Assembly (NCBI GenBank): GCA_965221895.1
Contig: CBDCSX010000002.1
Span: 2,626,930-2,690,929, forward strand
Source: Dehalococcoidia bacterium
GTDB lineage: Bacteria > Chloroflexota > Dehalococcoidia > Lucifugimonadales > GCA-2712585
DNA length: 64,000 bases
Direction: 5' to 3'
The notes beneath the pieces are model-generated. The model was given only the letters and a program-made list of their open reading frames with translations. It was not told the origin of the DNA and did no database searches. How positions within the stretch are numbered: position 1 is the stretch's first letter; each line of letters starts with the position of its first letter. Shown here piece by piece: positions 43,829 through 53,596 of this stretch. Both the position numbers and the translations under genes were made by a program.

Positions 43829-45058
43829 TTATTCGACGGACCCGGCCCCGGCGGGGATGCGGCGCTTGTGGGTTACGGGGTCGAGGTTCCAGAAGCGGAT
43901 GGGGTTATCGGAGAGGAATTTTTTCATCGACTCGGCGGAAAGCTCGGGGTGGTCGAGGACTTTCTGGACGGAGAAGGGGGAGAGGCAGTCGAAATGGGAG
44001 TAGTCGGAGCCGATGATGATTCCGTTGGGGCCGACTTTCTTCTCCAGGAAGGGGAGGTAGTCGGCTTCCTCGGGCTCGAAGCAGATGAACAGCTGGTCGC
44101 CGAAGTAGTCGCAGGGGTCTTCGTGGCGTGGTGCGGGGACGGAGTCGGGCATGATTTCGTAGTGCTCTTCGAGCCGGTCCATGTAGAAGGGGAGCCAGCC
44201 GCAACCCTGCTCAATCCAGGCTATTTTCAGTTCGGGGAATCGGTCGAGGACGCCGCTGGCGATGAAGCCGACGACGGAGAAGGGGGCGTCTATGCCCATG
44301 AAGAGGTGCTTGAGGAACTCGTTGTCGAGTCGGCGCATGCCGACGGACTCGTGTAGCTGCTGGTGTATGGAGATGGGCATTCCAAGACGCTGGCATTCTT
44401 CAAGGACGGGCCAGAATTTTTCCTGGTAGGTCCACTCGCCCTTGAACTGGCAGGGGATGTAGGCGCCACCAAGGCCAAGGTCTGCGGCGCGGCGAAGCTC
44501 TTCGACGGCCATGTTGATATCGTGTAGGGGTAGGATTGCAGTGCCGCGGACGCGGTCCTGGTAGCCGTCGGTCCATTCGGTAATCCAGTCGTTCCAGCCC
44601 TTGGCGAAGTGGTAGGCGACCTCGGGGTTGTCGATGGTGTTGAGGAGGTTCTGGTGGAGGACGCAGAAGACGAAGGTGACGTCGAAGCCCTCTTCGTCAA
44701 GGTCCTTGACGCGAAACTTGGGGTTGCGCTCGCCCTCACGGTTGTACCACTGGTCTTCGCTATGGGGTGCGAAGTTGGCCAGCTTACCGTAGGGGCCGGT
44801 ACGGAAGTCGGAGTTGGGGAAGACTTTGGAGTGCTCGAGGACCCAGATGCTGTCGTACTGGCGGGTGGAGCTATCGCCGCTGCCGCGAACGAGAGCGTTC
44901 CGATCCTTCCAATTGCTGTCGGTGAATTTTCGGGGTGCGAAGGGCTGGAGTTCCGGGGGGAACCGGCGCCAGAGTTCGCACTTGGTTTCGTCGATGTGGG
45001 AGTCGGAGTCGACGATGTAGTAGTCGGGGAGTTCGCCGCCGTAGTAAGTTCTGGGCAT
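43829..45058 (-). CDS. Amidohydrolase family protein (Amidohydro_2)
   Basis: VDSDSHIDE, MPISIH, GVLDRFPELKIAWIEQGCGWLPF, IGSDYSHFD. Confidence 0.9.
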   Translation of the reverse strand: MPRTYYGGELPDYYIVDSDSHIDETKCELWRRFPPELQPFAPRKFTDSNWKDRNALVRGSGDSSTRQYDSIWVLEHSKVFPNSDFRTGPYGKLANFAPHSEDQWYNREGERNPKFRVKDLDEEGFDVTFVFCVLHQNLLNTIDNPEVAYHFAKGWNDWITEWTDGYQDRVRGTAILPLHDINMAVEELRRAADLGLGGAYIPCQFKGEWTYQEKFWPVLEECQRLGMPISIHQQLHESVGMRRLDNEFLKHLFMGIDAPFSVVGFIASGVLDRFPELKIAWIEQGCGWLPFYMDRLEEHYEIMPDSVPAPRHEDPCDYFGDQLFICFEPEEADYLPFLEKKVGPNGIIIGSDYSHFDCLSPFSVQKVLDHPELSAESMKKFLSDNPIRFWNLDPVTHKRRIPAGAGSVE

Positions 45059-45262
45059 GAGGTTCTCCTTGGTGAGGTTGGGGTTTAGGTGTCGTTAATT
45101 GAATAACAATGCTGGGGGGAAAGTCAATTGGGGAGGGGGGTGGTGGGTGGTATAATCGGTATCGATTGTAGGAGAATTGGCCATAGGTTGTGTCTTTAGG
45201 GTTCTCAGCTGGCTGGAGAGCAAGAAGTAGATTTGCCCGTTGGCTTCAACATCGGAGTGGGA

Positions 45263-45709
45263 ATGGTAGAAAAAGCGCAAGATACAAAATTGCTTAGTCG
45301 CGAGCCAAATGATTCACTAGACGTTAGTCGGCAGTTGGCAGAATTGAGGAATCTGAAAGACGGTTGGGCAGATGGAATTCAGGCTGCCGACCAATGGGGT
45401 GAGGGGTTTGGGAAGGCTCCCACGGCACGAGGGCTTGATTGGTTGGGGGAGACGTTTGAGGAACGATACTCAGACAACCTGCCGCGACCATATTTATACC
45501 CAACGCCCGAAGGCGGCGTGTCATTGGAATGGTCTATTGGACGAAACGAGGCTAGCCTTGAGATAGATCTAATCAAACATTCGGCTGAGTGGCATTGCCT
45601 TAACCTGAGTTCCGGGCGTTCGACGGAAGAAGCTTTTGACTTGGACGACGATGAAGATTGGGAACGTCTGGCGTCAATGATCCGACAATTGGGCCTTAAG
45701 GACGAGTGA
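45263..45709 (+). CDS. Hypothetical protein, putative antitoxin-like partner
   Basis: LRNLKDGW.DG…PYLYPTPEGGVSLEW; GTGA overlap with the next gene; RBS GGAG before ATG 45263. Confidence 0.6.
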   Translation: MVEKAQDTKLLSREPNDSLDVSRQLAELRNLKDGWADGIQAADQWGEGFGKAPTARGLDWLGETFEERYSDNLPRPYLYPTPEGGVSLEWSIGRNEASLEIDLIKHSAEWHCLNLSSGRSTEEAFDLDDDEDWERLASMIRQLGLKDE

Positions 45710-46095
45710 ACAGCGAAACCCTGCTGCTGCGGCAAGTCAGTCCCAACTTTGTTCGGCAAGGCCGCGTGACATCCCAAGCTTTCACTCCTACCCCAAAGGA
45801 CCAACAGAGGCTATCTGCATATGATGGCGATCAGATAAGCGCCGAGGCTTCCTGGTTTCACTTCACAGAAACTTTAGGATTGGACTCTGCCGGAGTCTTG
45901 GCGGTTTCGGTGGGAGAATGCGAATCGCGAGGGACACTTGCCATCCCAGATCCTGAGTCATTTCCTGAGCACGTTCTTATTGACTTCAACGAGTTATCAA
46001 GGAAGGGGAGCAAGGATGCGGCCAAGATTTTGAGGAACCTGGCTGAAGAGCGGGGCTGGCAGTATGAGCCGGCCGTGGGAGAGGGATACTTGTAA
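45706..46095 (+). CDS. Hypothetical protein, putative ADP-ribosyltransferase-fold toxin
   Basis: LLRQ…SQAF…RLSAY…G…PEHVLIDF (R…S…H pattern), 129 aa. Confidence 0.5.
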   Translation: MNSETLLLRQVSPNFVRQGRVTSQAFTPTPKDQQRLSAYDGDQISAEASWFHFTETLGLDSAGVLAVSVGECESRGTLAIPDPESFPEHVLIDFNELSRKGSKDAAKILRNLAEERGWQYEPAVGEGYL

Positions 46096-46139
46096 CTTCA
46101 GCGGGATTTGATATCCTCTACGATAGCACTATCTGAGAG

Positions 46140-47891
46140 GTGGTTATGCACCAGCAGGGCGGCACCATCGAGAATGCGTTGGACAGCATCGCCAAGCATG
46201 AATACGTACTGCCAGCGATTCAGCGGGAGTTCGTCTGGGGGCCTGAGAAGGTCTGCAACCTGTTCGACAGCTTGATGCAGGGATATCCGTTCGGTGAGCT
46301 CATGTTGTGGCGAATAGACGCAGAGAATGCAGGCGATTATAAGTGGTACGACTTCGTTAGGGACTATCACCAGCGCGATAAACCCCATTGCCCAAAATTG
46401 GGAGCCATTTACGATAGGCCGCTTACGGCGGTGCTGGACGGTCAGCAGCGATTGACGGCATTCAACATTGGCTTGAGAGGTTCCATGGCTAGGAAGCTGC
46501 CTTACAGATGGTGGAGTAATCCTGGAGCTTTTCCTGAGCGAGTCTTGTCCCTGAATCTTCTGGCAGGTCCTGAACCGGACGAGGATGGCAGCAGGTATGA
46601 ATTTGAGTTTGTTGATGAGCACAGGATTGGATTGGAAGAGGATAAACTTTGGTTCAAGGTTGCGGATATTCTGACATTCAAAGAGGGAGCGGACATTCAT
46701 GATTGGGTAGAAGATAGAGATCTATGTAAGGAGGAAAGAAAGCGTGCTTACAGGACGCTAGATCTGCTTTATCGTAGGGTGCGTAGCGACAATACAGTTG
46801 CCTTCTATGAAGAGAAGAGCCAGGACATCGAGCGCGTGCTGAATATCTTCATTCGCTGCAACAGAGGTGGTACGCCCCTTTCGTACTCCAATCTTTTGCT
46901 GAGCATAGCAGTGTCTCAATGGAAGAATCTGGATGCCAGAAAGGAAGTGTATGGGTTGGTAGATGAAATGAACCGGATCCGCCCGGGACTTCTGTTCAAT
47001 GCGGACTTCGTGCTGAAGGCAGGCCTGATGCTGACGGATATTGCCAGCGTGGGATTTCAGGTGAGGAACTTTACCTACGAAAGCATGACGAAACTTGAGG
47101 ACAACTGGCAAGGAATTCGGAATGCTCTGATGGAAACGGCGCAGCTGGTAGGCACCTATGGGTTCGACAGCAGAACGCTTCGGGCCATGAACTCCCTGTT
47201 GCCGATTGCTTACTACCTATACAGGAAAGGATCGCCGACGGATTTTGACACAAGCGACAAGTACGTCCGAGACAGGATGATAATTCGCCGGTGGCTGACT
47301 CGTTCAATCCTCAAGGAATCGGGTATTTGGGGAAGCGGTCTTGATACCCTGCTCACCGCATTGAGGGGGGTCATTCGAAACACGGATTGCGTTGAATTCC
47401 CCGTTGCAGAGTTGAGGAGGGCGATGGCGCAGCGAGGCAAGTCTTTGGTCTTTTCTGAGGAAGAGATAGAGGATTTGGCAGACATGGGCGGCAACGACAG
47501 ACGCATTTTCCCAATGCTGACCATGCTGTTTCCCGAACTCGACTCACGCGATGGATCAGACATCGACCATGTGTTTCCTAAGAGCAGGTTCACGTCAAAG
47601 CGACTAACAGACGCAGGCGTCGGGGAGGAGCGGGTGGAGGAATTTCGTGACCACTGCAACCGAATTGCCAATTTCCAACTGCTGGATAGGACCGTCAACA
47701 ATGAGAAGCGGGCAACGCTACCCGCCGATTGGCTGGATGTTCATCGCCCCGACGAACAGAGGCGCCAGGTCTATTGCGAACGCCATCTACTAGGGGACGT
47801 GCCGCGGGATATTACCGGCTTTGAAGGATTCTATTTGACGAGGCGGGAGAGTGTGAAGGAGCGCATTCGCCAACTGGTGAACACTGCGTAA
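46140..47891 (+). CDS. DUF262/DUF1524 (GmrSD-family) modification-dependent restriction endonuclease
   Basis: LPAIQREFVW, VLDGQQRLT, FIRCNRGGT.L; C-terminal DIDHVFP…NRIANFQLL…N HNH-like motif. Confidence 0.88.
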   Translation: MVMHQQGGTIENALDSIAKHEYVLPAIQREFVWGPEKVCNLFDSLMQGYPFGELMLWRIDAENAGDYKWYDFVRDYHQRDKPHCPKLGAIYDRPLTAVLDGQQRLTAFNIGLRGSMARKLPYRWWSNPGAFPERVLSLNLLAGPEPDEDGSRYEFEFVDEHRIGLEEDKLWFKVADILTFKEGADIHDWVEDRDLCKEERKRAYRTLDLLYRRVRSDNTVAFYEEKSQDIERVLNIFIRCNRGGTPLSYSNLLLSIAVSQWKNLDARKEVYGLVDEMNRIRPGLLFNADFVLKAGLMLTDIASVGFQVRNFTYESMTKLEDNWQGIRNALMETAQLVGTYGFDSRTLRAMNSLLPIAYYLYRKGSPTDFDTSDKYVRDRMIIRRWLTRSILKESGIWGSGLDTLLTALRGVIRNTDCVEFPVAELRRAMAQRGKSLVFSEEEIEDLADMGGNDRRIFPMLTMLFPELDSRDGSDIDHVFPKSRFTSKRLTDAGVGEERVEEFRDHCNRIANFQLLDRTVNNEKRATLPADWLDVHRPDEQRRQVYCERHLLGDVPRDITGFEGFYLTRRESVKERIRQLVNTA

Positions 47892-47913
47892 TTGAGGAAT
47901 CCGGCCGAATTCG

Positions 47914-48723
47914 CTATTGGATGGTGTAGAGGGCTTGGATGTTGATGGTGATTTCGAGGTCGCCGGTGCGGATGGCGGTGGGGGCGGAGCGGGCCATTGC
48001 TTCGGAGGCGAAGGCAGCGGGCAGCGCGGGGGAGGCTCCTCCTCCGCCTTGGGACACGGAGACCAGGTCGCCGAGGGTGACGCCGGAGAGTTCTGCCATT
48101 CGTTCCGCCCGTGCTTTGGCGTCAGCGATGGCCTGGGCCAGGGCCTCGTCTTCGAGGGTGGTGGTGTCTTCGATGGCAAAGTTGATGCCGTTTACCCGTA
48201 CCGGATCGCCACCCGCTTCCACCACGTCGGTTATCATTTCGCCGAGGCTGTCCAGGTTTCGCACCTTGACGCTGAGCTCGTTGGTGACCTGATAGCCGGA
48301 AACCTCGGGAGCACCATCGTTGCTGTAGTCGTACTGGGTGTTGATGTTGAAGTATCGGGTCTGGGTGTCCTTCTCGTCGACGTTATAGCTCGCAAGGACC
48401 TGGAGAATACTCTCCAAGGAGGTGTTGGCGGTGTTTAGGGCTTCGCCGACTGAGGGGGAGAGGACCTGTACCCCCAGGTTGATTAGAGCGAGATCAGGCT
48501 CCGCGCTGGCAGTCCCTGAACCGGAGACGATGATGCCCTGACCAGGGACGCCGGACTCTTCGTTGACGGCTTCCGCCGCCATTCTTGCCGCCGCCGCCAC
48601 GTCTCCAGCGGAGGCGGAGCCGGTGTAGGGGGCCGGGCTGGCGCCGTTGCAGGCCACGGCTAAGAGCACGAGAACTGCCAATGCTGGCAGTATGGCGATC
48701 TTGGTTAGGGGAAGCATCTTCAC
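47914..48723 (-). CDS. SIMPL (DUF541) domain lipoprotein
   Basis: Lipobox LAVAC; IIVSGSG…PDLA…GYQVTN…AIADAKARAE.MA..SGV.LG. Confidence 0.9.
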   Translation of the reverse strand: MKMLPLTKIAILPALAVLVLLAVACNGASPAPYTGSASAGDVAAAARMAAEAVNEESGVPGQGIIVSGSGTASAEPDLALINLGVQVLSPSVGEALNTANTSLESILQVLASYNVDEKDTQTRYFNINTQYDYSNDGAPEVSGYQVTNELSVKVRNLDSLGEMITDVVEAGGDPVRVNGINFAIEDTTTLEDEALAQAIADAKARAERMAELSGVTLGDLVSVSQGGGGASPALPAAFASEAMARSAPTAIRTGDLEITINIQALYTIQ

Positions 48724-48827
48724 CTCTTGGACGCCGCGCAGGGGTCGTTTCGGGCGGCTGCTTTGACGGGATTGTCACTCAATGGTAGCATCGGTCGAAA
48801 GCATTGTACAAATGGGAGGGGGTTGTT

Positions 48828-49733
48828 ATGGCGAGCAAGGTAGGCAGCGGTGATTTCATTTACGAAGTAGAGGAGGACTGGGCGAAACTGCCGGAAGGCT
48901 GGGAGATGACGGCGGCAGCAGTGGCGGGGGACTCACAGGACCGGATTTATGCCTTTGACAGGGGGGACCATCCAGTGATGGTCTTCGACAGAGAGGGCAA
49001 CTACCTCTATTCCTGGGGCCACGACCTGATAAAGATGGCCCACGCGATCTACGTGGACGGCGGGGACAATGTTTGGCTGGTGGACAGCCACGGTGGTCAG
49101 GTGATGAAGTTCACGCCGGAGGGGCGGCCGCTGATGCGCATTGGGACGCGGGATTACCGCTCGGACACCGGGGTGGACCCGAAGGACTTTGGGTCGGACA
49201 CGTATTTGCGAGTGACCCATGCCGGTGGGCCATTCAACATTCCTGCCAGCGTCGCGATTGCCCCCTCGGGGGAGGTGTTCGTGGCGGACGGGTACGCCAA
49301 TTGCAGGGTACACCGGTTTTCGGCGGAGGGGGAGCATCTGGCCTCGTGGGGGGCGCCGGGCGAAGGGCCGGGACAGTTCCATCTGCCACACGGCATTTGG
49401 GTTGACCGCCACGGCCGGCTGCTGGTAGCAGATCGGGAGAATGACCGGGTGCAGATGTTCACACAGGACGGGGACCCGCTGGGTCAGTGGCCGACGAAGC
49501 TGATAGGACCGGCGATGGTGTTTGTGGACGGGGAGGACGTGGCCTACGTACCGGAGCACAACGGAGGGCTGTTCAGCGTTCTGACGTTGGAGGGAGAGCG
49601 GGTGGCGCAGTGGGGATCTGAGGTGACGCGGGCGTGTCACGGCGTATGGGCGGACTCCCGTCGGGACGTGTACTTTGTGCAGCCGGGGTCGTCGGGAGGC
49701 AAGCGGAAGGTGGTGAAGTACCACCGGATTTGA
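48828..49733 (+). CDS. NHL-repeat beta-propeller protein (PAL-like)
   Basis: FNIPASVA, VFVADGYANCRVHRF, GQFHLPHGI, VADRENDRVQ. Confidence 0.9.
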   Translation: MASKVGSGDFIYEVEEDWAKLPEGWEMTAAAVAGDSQDRIYAFDRGDHPVMVFDREGNYLYSWGHDLIKMAHAIYVDGGDNVWLVDSHGGQVMKFTPEGRPLMRIGTRDYRSDTGVDPKDFGSDTYLRVTHAGGPFNIPASVAIAPSGEVFVADGYANCRVHRFSAEGEHLASWGAPGEGPGQFHLPHGIWVDRHGRLLVADRENDRVQMFTQDGDPLGQWPTKLIGPAMVFVDGEDVAYVPEHNGGLFSVLTLEGERVAQWGSEVTRACHGVWADSRRDVYFVQPGSSGGKRKVVKYHRI

Positions 49734-49857
49734 TGGGTGGTGGGCTGAAGTCACCGAATGTAAATGAGACTGTGGCAAGGGTTTGCGAACGTGGTACTTC
49801 CGTGCGCCAAAATGGTGCAATACTAGGACTAAGAGTTAGATTTGAAAGGAGGAGTGC

Positions 49858-50142
49858 ATGCTCGAACCAGTAAAGGTGGAATCCAGACCAGGATACCGAA
49901 TCTGGATCGAGTTCTCTGACGGAGAGTCCGGCGAGGTTGACCTATCGCACTTGGCCGGTCAGGGCGTGTTCGTCGCATGGAACGAGCCCGGCTTCTTTGA
50001 AAAAGTGCACGTAGATTCCTTCGGCGCAATTGCATGGAGCGATGAGATAGACCTTTGCCCGGAATCCCTATACATCGACCTCACGGGCAAGCCCGTTGAG
50101 GAAGTGATGCCCGGAGTGCGATTCATATCTCAAGATGCCTGA
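49858..50142 (+). CDS. DUF2442 family protein (antitoxin-like), copy 1
   Basis: YRIWIEFSDG.SGEVDLS…GVF..W…F…IAW…DLCPESLY. Confidence 0.88.
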   Translation: MLEPVKVESRPGYRIWIEFSDGESGEVDLSHLAGQGVFVAWNEPGFFEKVHVDSFGAIAWSDEIDLCPESLYIDLTGKPVEEVMPGVRFISQDA

Positions 50143-50395
50143 ACTGTGCAGGTTTCATGGCATTGTTATTGCAATCCACTTCAATGAGCATGGGCCTGCC
50201 CACTTTCACGCGAAATATGGCGGCAACAGAGCCCTTATTGAAGTAGCCAATCTTAATACCATACGTGGTCGACTTCCCACACGGGCGCGGAGACTTGTTG
50301 TGGAATGGGGATCTGTGCATCAGGAGGAACTTCGGAGGGCCTGGGATAAAGCGCAGCGGATGGAGCCGCCCGGAAAGATAGCGCCATTGGAGTGA
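50135..50395 (+). CDS. DUF4160 family protein (HicA-like toxin candidate), copy 1
   Basis: MPELCRFHGIVIAIHFNEHGPAHFHAKY…LP.RA.RLV.EW…IAPLE. Confidence 0.88.
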   Translation: MPELCRFHGIVIAIHFNEHGPAHFHAKYGGNRALIEVANLNTIRGRLPTRARRLVVEWGSVHQEELRRAWDKAQRMEPPGKIAPLE

Positions 50396-50423
50396 ATGCG
50401 GGGAGGGGCGAATGACGTGGGGG

Positions 50424-50490
50424 CGTCTATTTTGTGCAGCCGGGGTCGTCCGGGGGGAAGCGGAAGGTGGTGAAGCACCACCGGGTGTGA
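50424..50490 (+). repeat. Diverged duplicate of the NHL gene 3' end (about 49667-49733)
   Basis: Encodes VYFVQPGSSGGKRKVVKHHRV* vs VYFVQPGSSGGKRKVVKYHRI*. Confidence 0.85.
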
Positions 50491-50617
50491 TGGGGAGTGG
50501 GGGCTGGAGATGTTGCATGAAGGAGATATTTCGCAAGGGTTGGCGGACTGGGTACTTCCCTGTACCCAAATGGTACAATAGCAGGGTTTATTGGCTGATT
50601 TTGGAATGGAGATGTGA

Positions 50618-50902
50618 ATGATTAGACCAATGAAGGTAGAACCTAGGCCGGGTTACCGGATATGGATTGAGTACGCCGACGGAGTTGCCGGGGAGGTTGA
50701 CTTGTCGGACGTGGCCGGTCGAGGGGTGTTCGCCGCATGGAATCAGCCGGGATTCTTTGAAAAAGTCTACGTCAGTTGTCACCGCTCTATTGCATGGGAT
50801 GACGATTTAGAGATATGTCCGGACGCGCTATATATGGAAATCACAGGTAAGTCCTTCGAGGAATTGACAGGCCAAGTAGAGCCTGTGCCCCTGGATGGCT
50901 GA
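50618..50902 (+). CDS. DUF2442 family protein, copy 2
   Basis: Paralog of 49858-50142, same length. Confidence 0.88.
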   Translation: MIRPMKVEPRPGYRIWIEYADGVAGEVDLSDVAGRGVFAAWNQPGFFEKVYVSCHRSIAWDDDLEICPDALYMEITGKSFEELTGQVEPVPLDG

Positions 50903-51155
50903 GCTCTGTCGGTTCTACGGTATAATTGTCCGAATATATAATTGAGAACATGCACCACCTCACTTCCATGCAGAATACAGCGGTCGTGAGGCCCAGGTAG
51001 GCATTGAGAGTTCTTCCGTGATTCGTGGCCACCTTCCTCCACGGGCTCGAAGGCTCGTGACTGAATGGGCGTCCCTTCATCAGAGGGAACTACTGGAAGC
51101 ATGGAACCGAGCGCAGAGGAGGGAGCCTCCGGGGAAGATAGCGCCATTGGAGTGA
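50895..51155 (+). pseudogene. DUF4160 family protein, copy 2, with a nonsense codon
   Basis: MAELCRFYGIIVRIYN*EHAPPHFH…KIAPLE*; TGA at 50943-50945; same 261-nt length as copy 1. Confidence 0.88.
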
Positions 51156-51262
51156 GGGGCTATAGGGTGTCAGGCTTTGTGTTGTGGGAGTGGGGGGTTG
51201 CTGGTAGAATTCGTCACGATTTTGGGTGTCGAGAATCTTCATTCTTGCTGACTAGGAGAGCC

Positions 51263-51835
51263 GTGGTTCTAAGCGACAGATCGATTCGTGAGGCGGTGGA
51301 AAAGGGGCGCGTCGTCATCGAACCGTTGGATGACGACGACATTCAGCCCGCCAGCGTGGACGTGCACCTGGCCGACGAGTTGCTGGTGTTTCGAAATGCC
51401 CGTCGACCTTACATCGACCTGAGGAGGGAGATGGATGACCTGACGGACATGGTGAAGATTTCCGACGAAGACGGGTTCAATCTTCATCCCGGGGAGTTCG
51501 TCCTGGCCAGCACGAGGGAGCACATCGAGATTCCCGACGACCTGGTGGCGCGGCTTGAAGGGAAGAGCTCGCTGGGGCGAGTGGGGTTGGTCATCCACTC
51601 AACGGCGGGATACGTGGACCCGGGCTGGAAGGGACGGTTGACCCTGGAGTTGACGAACATTGCCCGCCTGCCCATCTGCCTTTACCGGGGGATGAAGATA
51701 GGCCAGATATCGTTTCTGCAGCTGACGACGCCGGCCGAGAGGCTGTACGGGTCGAAGGCCCTGGGCAGCAAGTACCAGGGGCAAACGGGACCCACAGCCA
51801 GCCGGTATTATAAGAATTTCAGCCAAGACACGTAG
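51263..51835 (+). CDS. dcd: dCTP deaminase
   Basis: LSDRSI…IQPASVD…LEGKSSLGR.GL…AGYVDPGW.G; GTG at 51263 with RBS AGGAG. Confidence 0.95.
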   Translation: MVLSDRSIREAVEKGRVVIEPLDDDDIQPASVDVHLADELLVFRNARRPYIDLRREMDDLTDMVKISDEDGFNLHPGEFVLASTREHIEIPDDLVARLEGKSSLGRVGLVIHSTAGYVDPGWKGRLTLELTNIARLPICLYRGMKIGQISFLQLTTPAERLYGSKALGSKYQGQTGPTASRYYKNFSQDT

Positions 51836-51841
51836 TACGCA

Positions 51842-52933
51842 ATGGAATACATGAAGCGGGCCTTGGCCTTGGCCAACGCCGCAGTCGGGGAAAACAGCCC
51901 GAACCCCTCTGTGGGTGCTGTGGTGGTTAAGGATGGGCGGATAGTGGGAGAAGGGGCAACCCTGCCGCCGGGCGAGGGCCACGCAGAATGGGTGGCGCTT
52001 CGTCAGGCCGGCGGTGCGGCGAAGGGGGCCGACCTCTACACGACACTGGAACCATGCTGCATTCAGGGGAAGACGCCGCCGTGTACGGGCGTTATTCTGG
52101 CCGCGGGCGTGAAGAGGGTCTACGCGTCTATATTGGACCCGAACCCCAGAATCAATGGACGTGGGGCGGCGCTTCTTCGGGAAGAAGGCGTGGAGATTCA
52201 TCTGGGGCAGGGGGCGCGGGAAGCGGAGGAGATGTATGAAGGGTTCGCCAAGTTCATCACCACGGGCCTACCCTTCGTGACGGCGAAGTACGCCATGAGC
52301 CTGGACGGGAAGATAGCAACCTTCGAAGGGGACTCCCAGTGGATTACCGGGCCGGCGTCTCGGAGGTTGGTGCACCAGCGCCGGCGGGCGTCGGACGCTA
52401 TTATGGTGGGGATCAACACGGCGCTGCGGGACAATCCGAAGTTGACGGCGCGGGACGACGAGGGGGGTAATCTGGACAGACAGCCGCTGCGGGTGGTGGT
52501 AGACGGGGAGGGTCGGACGCCGACGCACGCCGCGATGCTCCGGCAGCCCGGGGGGACGCTCATTGCCACGTGTAAGGCGTCGGCGCGGGCCGCTGCTTGT
52601 CTGGAGGGAGCGGGGGCGGAGGTTGTGCGCCTTCCCGAAATAGACGGCTACGTGGACCTGGAGGCTTTGCTAGAAGAGTTGGGACGCCGGGAGGTGGTGA
52701 ATCTGCTGGTTGAGGGGGGCGGGACGCTGATGGGTTCGCTTTTCGACCAAGGGTTGGTGGACAAGACATGGGCGTTCATTGCGCCGATAATCATCGGCGG
52801 GCGGGACGCTCTTTCGCCAGTGGAGGGCCACGGCGTCGGCCTGGTATCCAGAGCCATGAGCTTGCGCTGCCCACAGGTGAAGCAGGTGGGAGACGACGTG
52901 CTGGTGACGGGTTATCCTGAGGCGAGGGAGTAG
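51842..52933 (+). CDS. ribD: Riboflavin biosynthesis deaminase/reductase
   Basis: PNPSVG, HAE, TLEPCC…TPPC, SLDGKIA…SQWITG, VEGGG. Confidence 0.95.
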   Translation: MEYMKRALALANAAVGENSPNPSVGAVVVKDGRIVGEGATLPPGEGHAEWVALRQAGGAAKGADLYTTLEPCCIQGKTPPCTGVILAAGVKRVYASILDPNPRINGRGAALLREEGVEIHLGQGAREAEEMYEGFAKFITTGLPFVTAKYAMSLDGKIATFEGDSQWITGPASRRLVHQRRRASDAIMVGINTALRDNPKLTARDDEGGNLDRQPLRVVVDGEGRTPTHAAMLRQPGGTLIATCKASARAAACLEGAGAEVVRLPEIDGYVDLEALLEELGRREVVNLLVEGGGTLMGSLFDQGLVDKTWAFIAPIIIGGRDALSPVEGHGVGLVSRAMSLRCPQVKQVGDDVLVTGYPEARE

Positions 52934-52934
52934 A

Positions 52935-53594
52935 GTGTTTACCGGCATTGTGGAAGAAACCGGGGTGGTGGAGTTTTGTCGTCCTGTGAAGCGTCGCACG
53001 GATGCTAGGGAGATAGGGCAGGACGAGAGCGCGGATTTACATAATTACCGGCTACGAGTGAAGGCGCTACGGGTGTTGGAAGACCTGGCCGTTGCCGACA
53101 GCATTGCCGTTAACGGGGCTTGCCTGACGGTGGTGTCGCGGGATGAGAGTGGCTTCGAGGCGGACGTGGTGCCGGAAACGCTGCGTCGAACGAACCTGGG
53201 CGCGCTGGTGGTGGGATCCATGGTGAACCTGGAGCGATCTCTTGCCGTTAACGGTCGACTGGGGGGGCACGTTGTACAGGGACACGTGGACGGCGTGGGA
53301 GTGGTCGAGGAGATCAGTCCGGAGGGCGGCGCGCAGATTATTCGGGTGAAAGCGCCTGAAGAGCTAATGCGCTACATTGTAGGAAAGGGGTTCATTGGGC
53401 TGGATGGCATCAGCTTGACGGTGGTGAGCGTCCTTGATTCCTCTTTCACAATCTCTGTGATACCATATACTCTCGAAAACACGAACCTGCAGGAACGCGA
53501 GATTAGCGACTCAGTGAACCTGGAAGTGGACATACTGGCTAAGTACGTGGAAAGCCTTCTGCCGCATCAGAGAATGGCCGGGGCCTTGAGCTAA
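52935..53594 (+). CDS. ribE: Riboflavin synthase (alpha subunit)
   Basis: MFTGIVEE, SIAVNGACLTV, GGHVVQGHVD, VNLEVD. Confidence 0.95.
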   Translation: MFTGIVEETGVVEFCRPVKRRTDAREIGQDESADLHNYRLRVKALRVLEDLAVADSIAVNGACLTVVSRDESGFEADVVPETLRRTNLGALVVGSMVNLERSLAVNGRLGGHVVQGHVDGVGVVEEISPEGGAQIIRVKAPEELMRYIVGKGFIGLDGISLTVVSVLDSSFTISVIPYTLENTNLQEREISDSVNLEVDILAKYVESLLPHQRMAGALS

Positions 53595-53596
53595 CT

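Noticed and set aside
51160-51842. FMN riboswitch upstream of the rib genes
   Set aside because: ribD follows dcd by 6 nt and no RFN motif is seen upstream of dcd or ribH.
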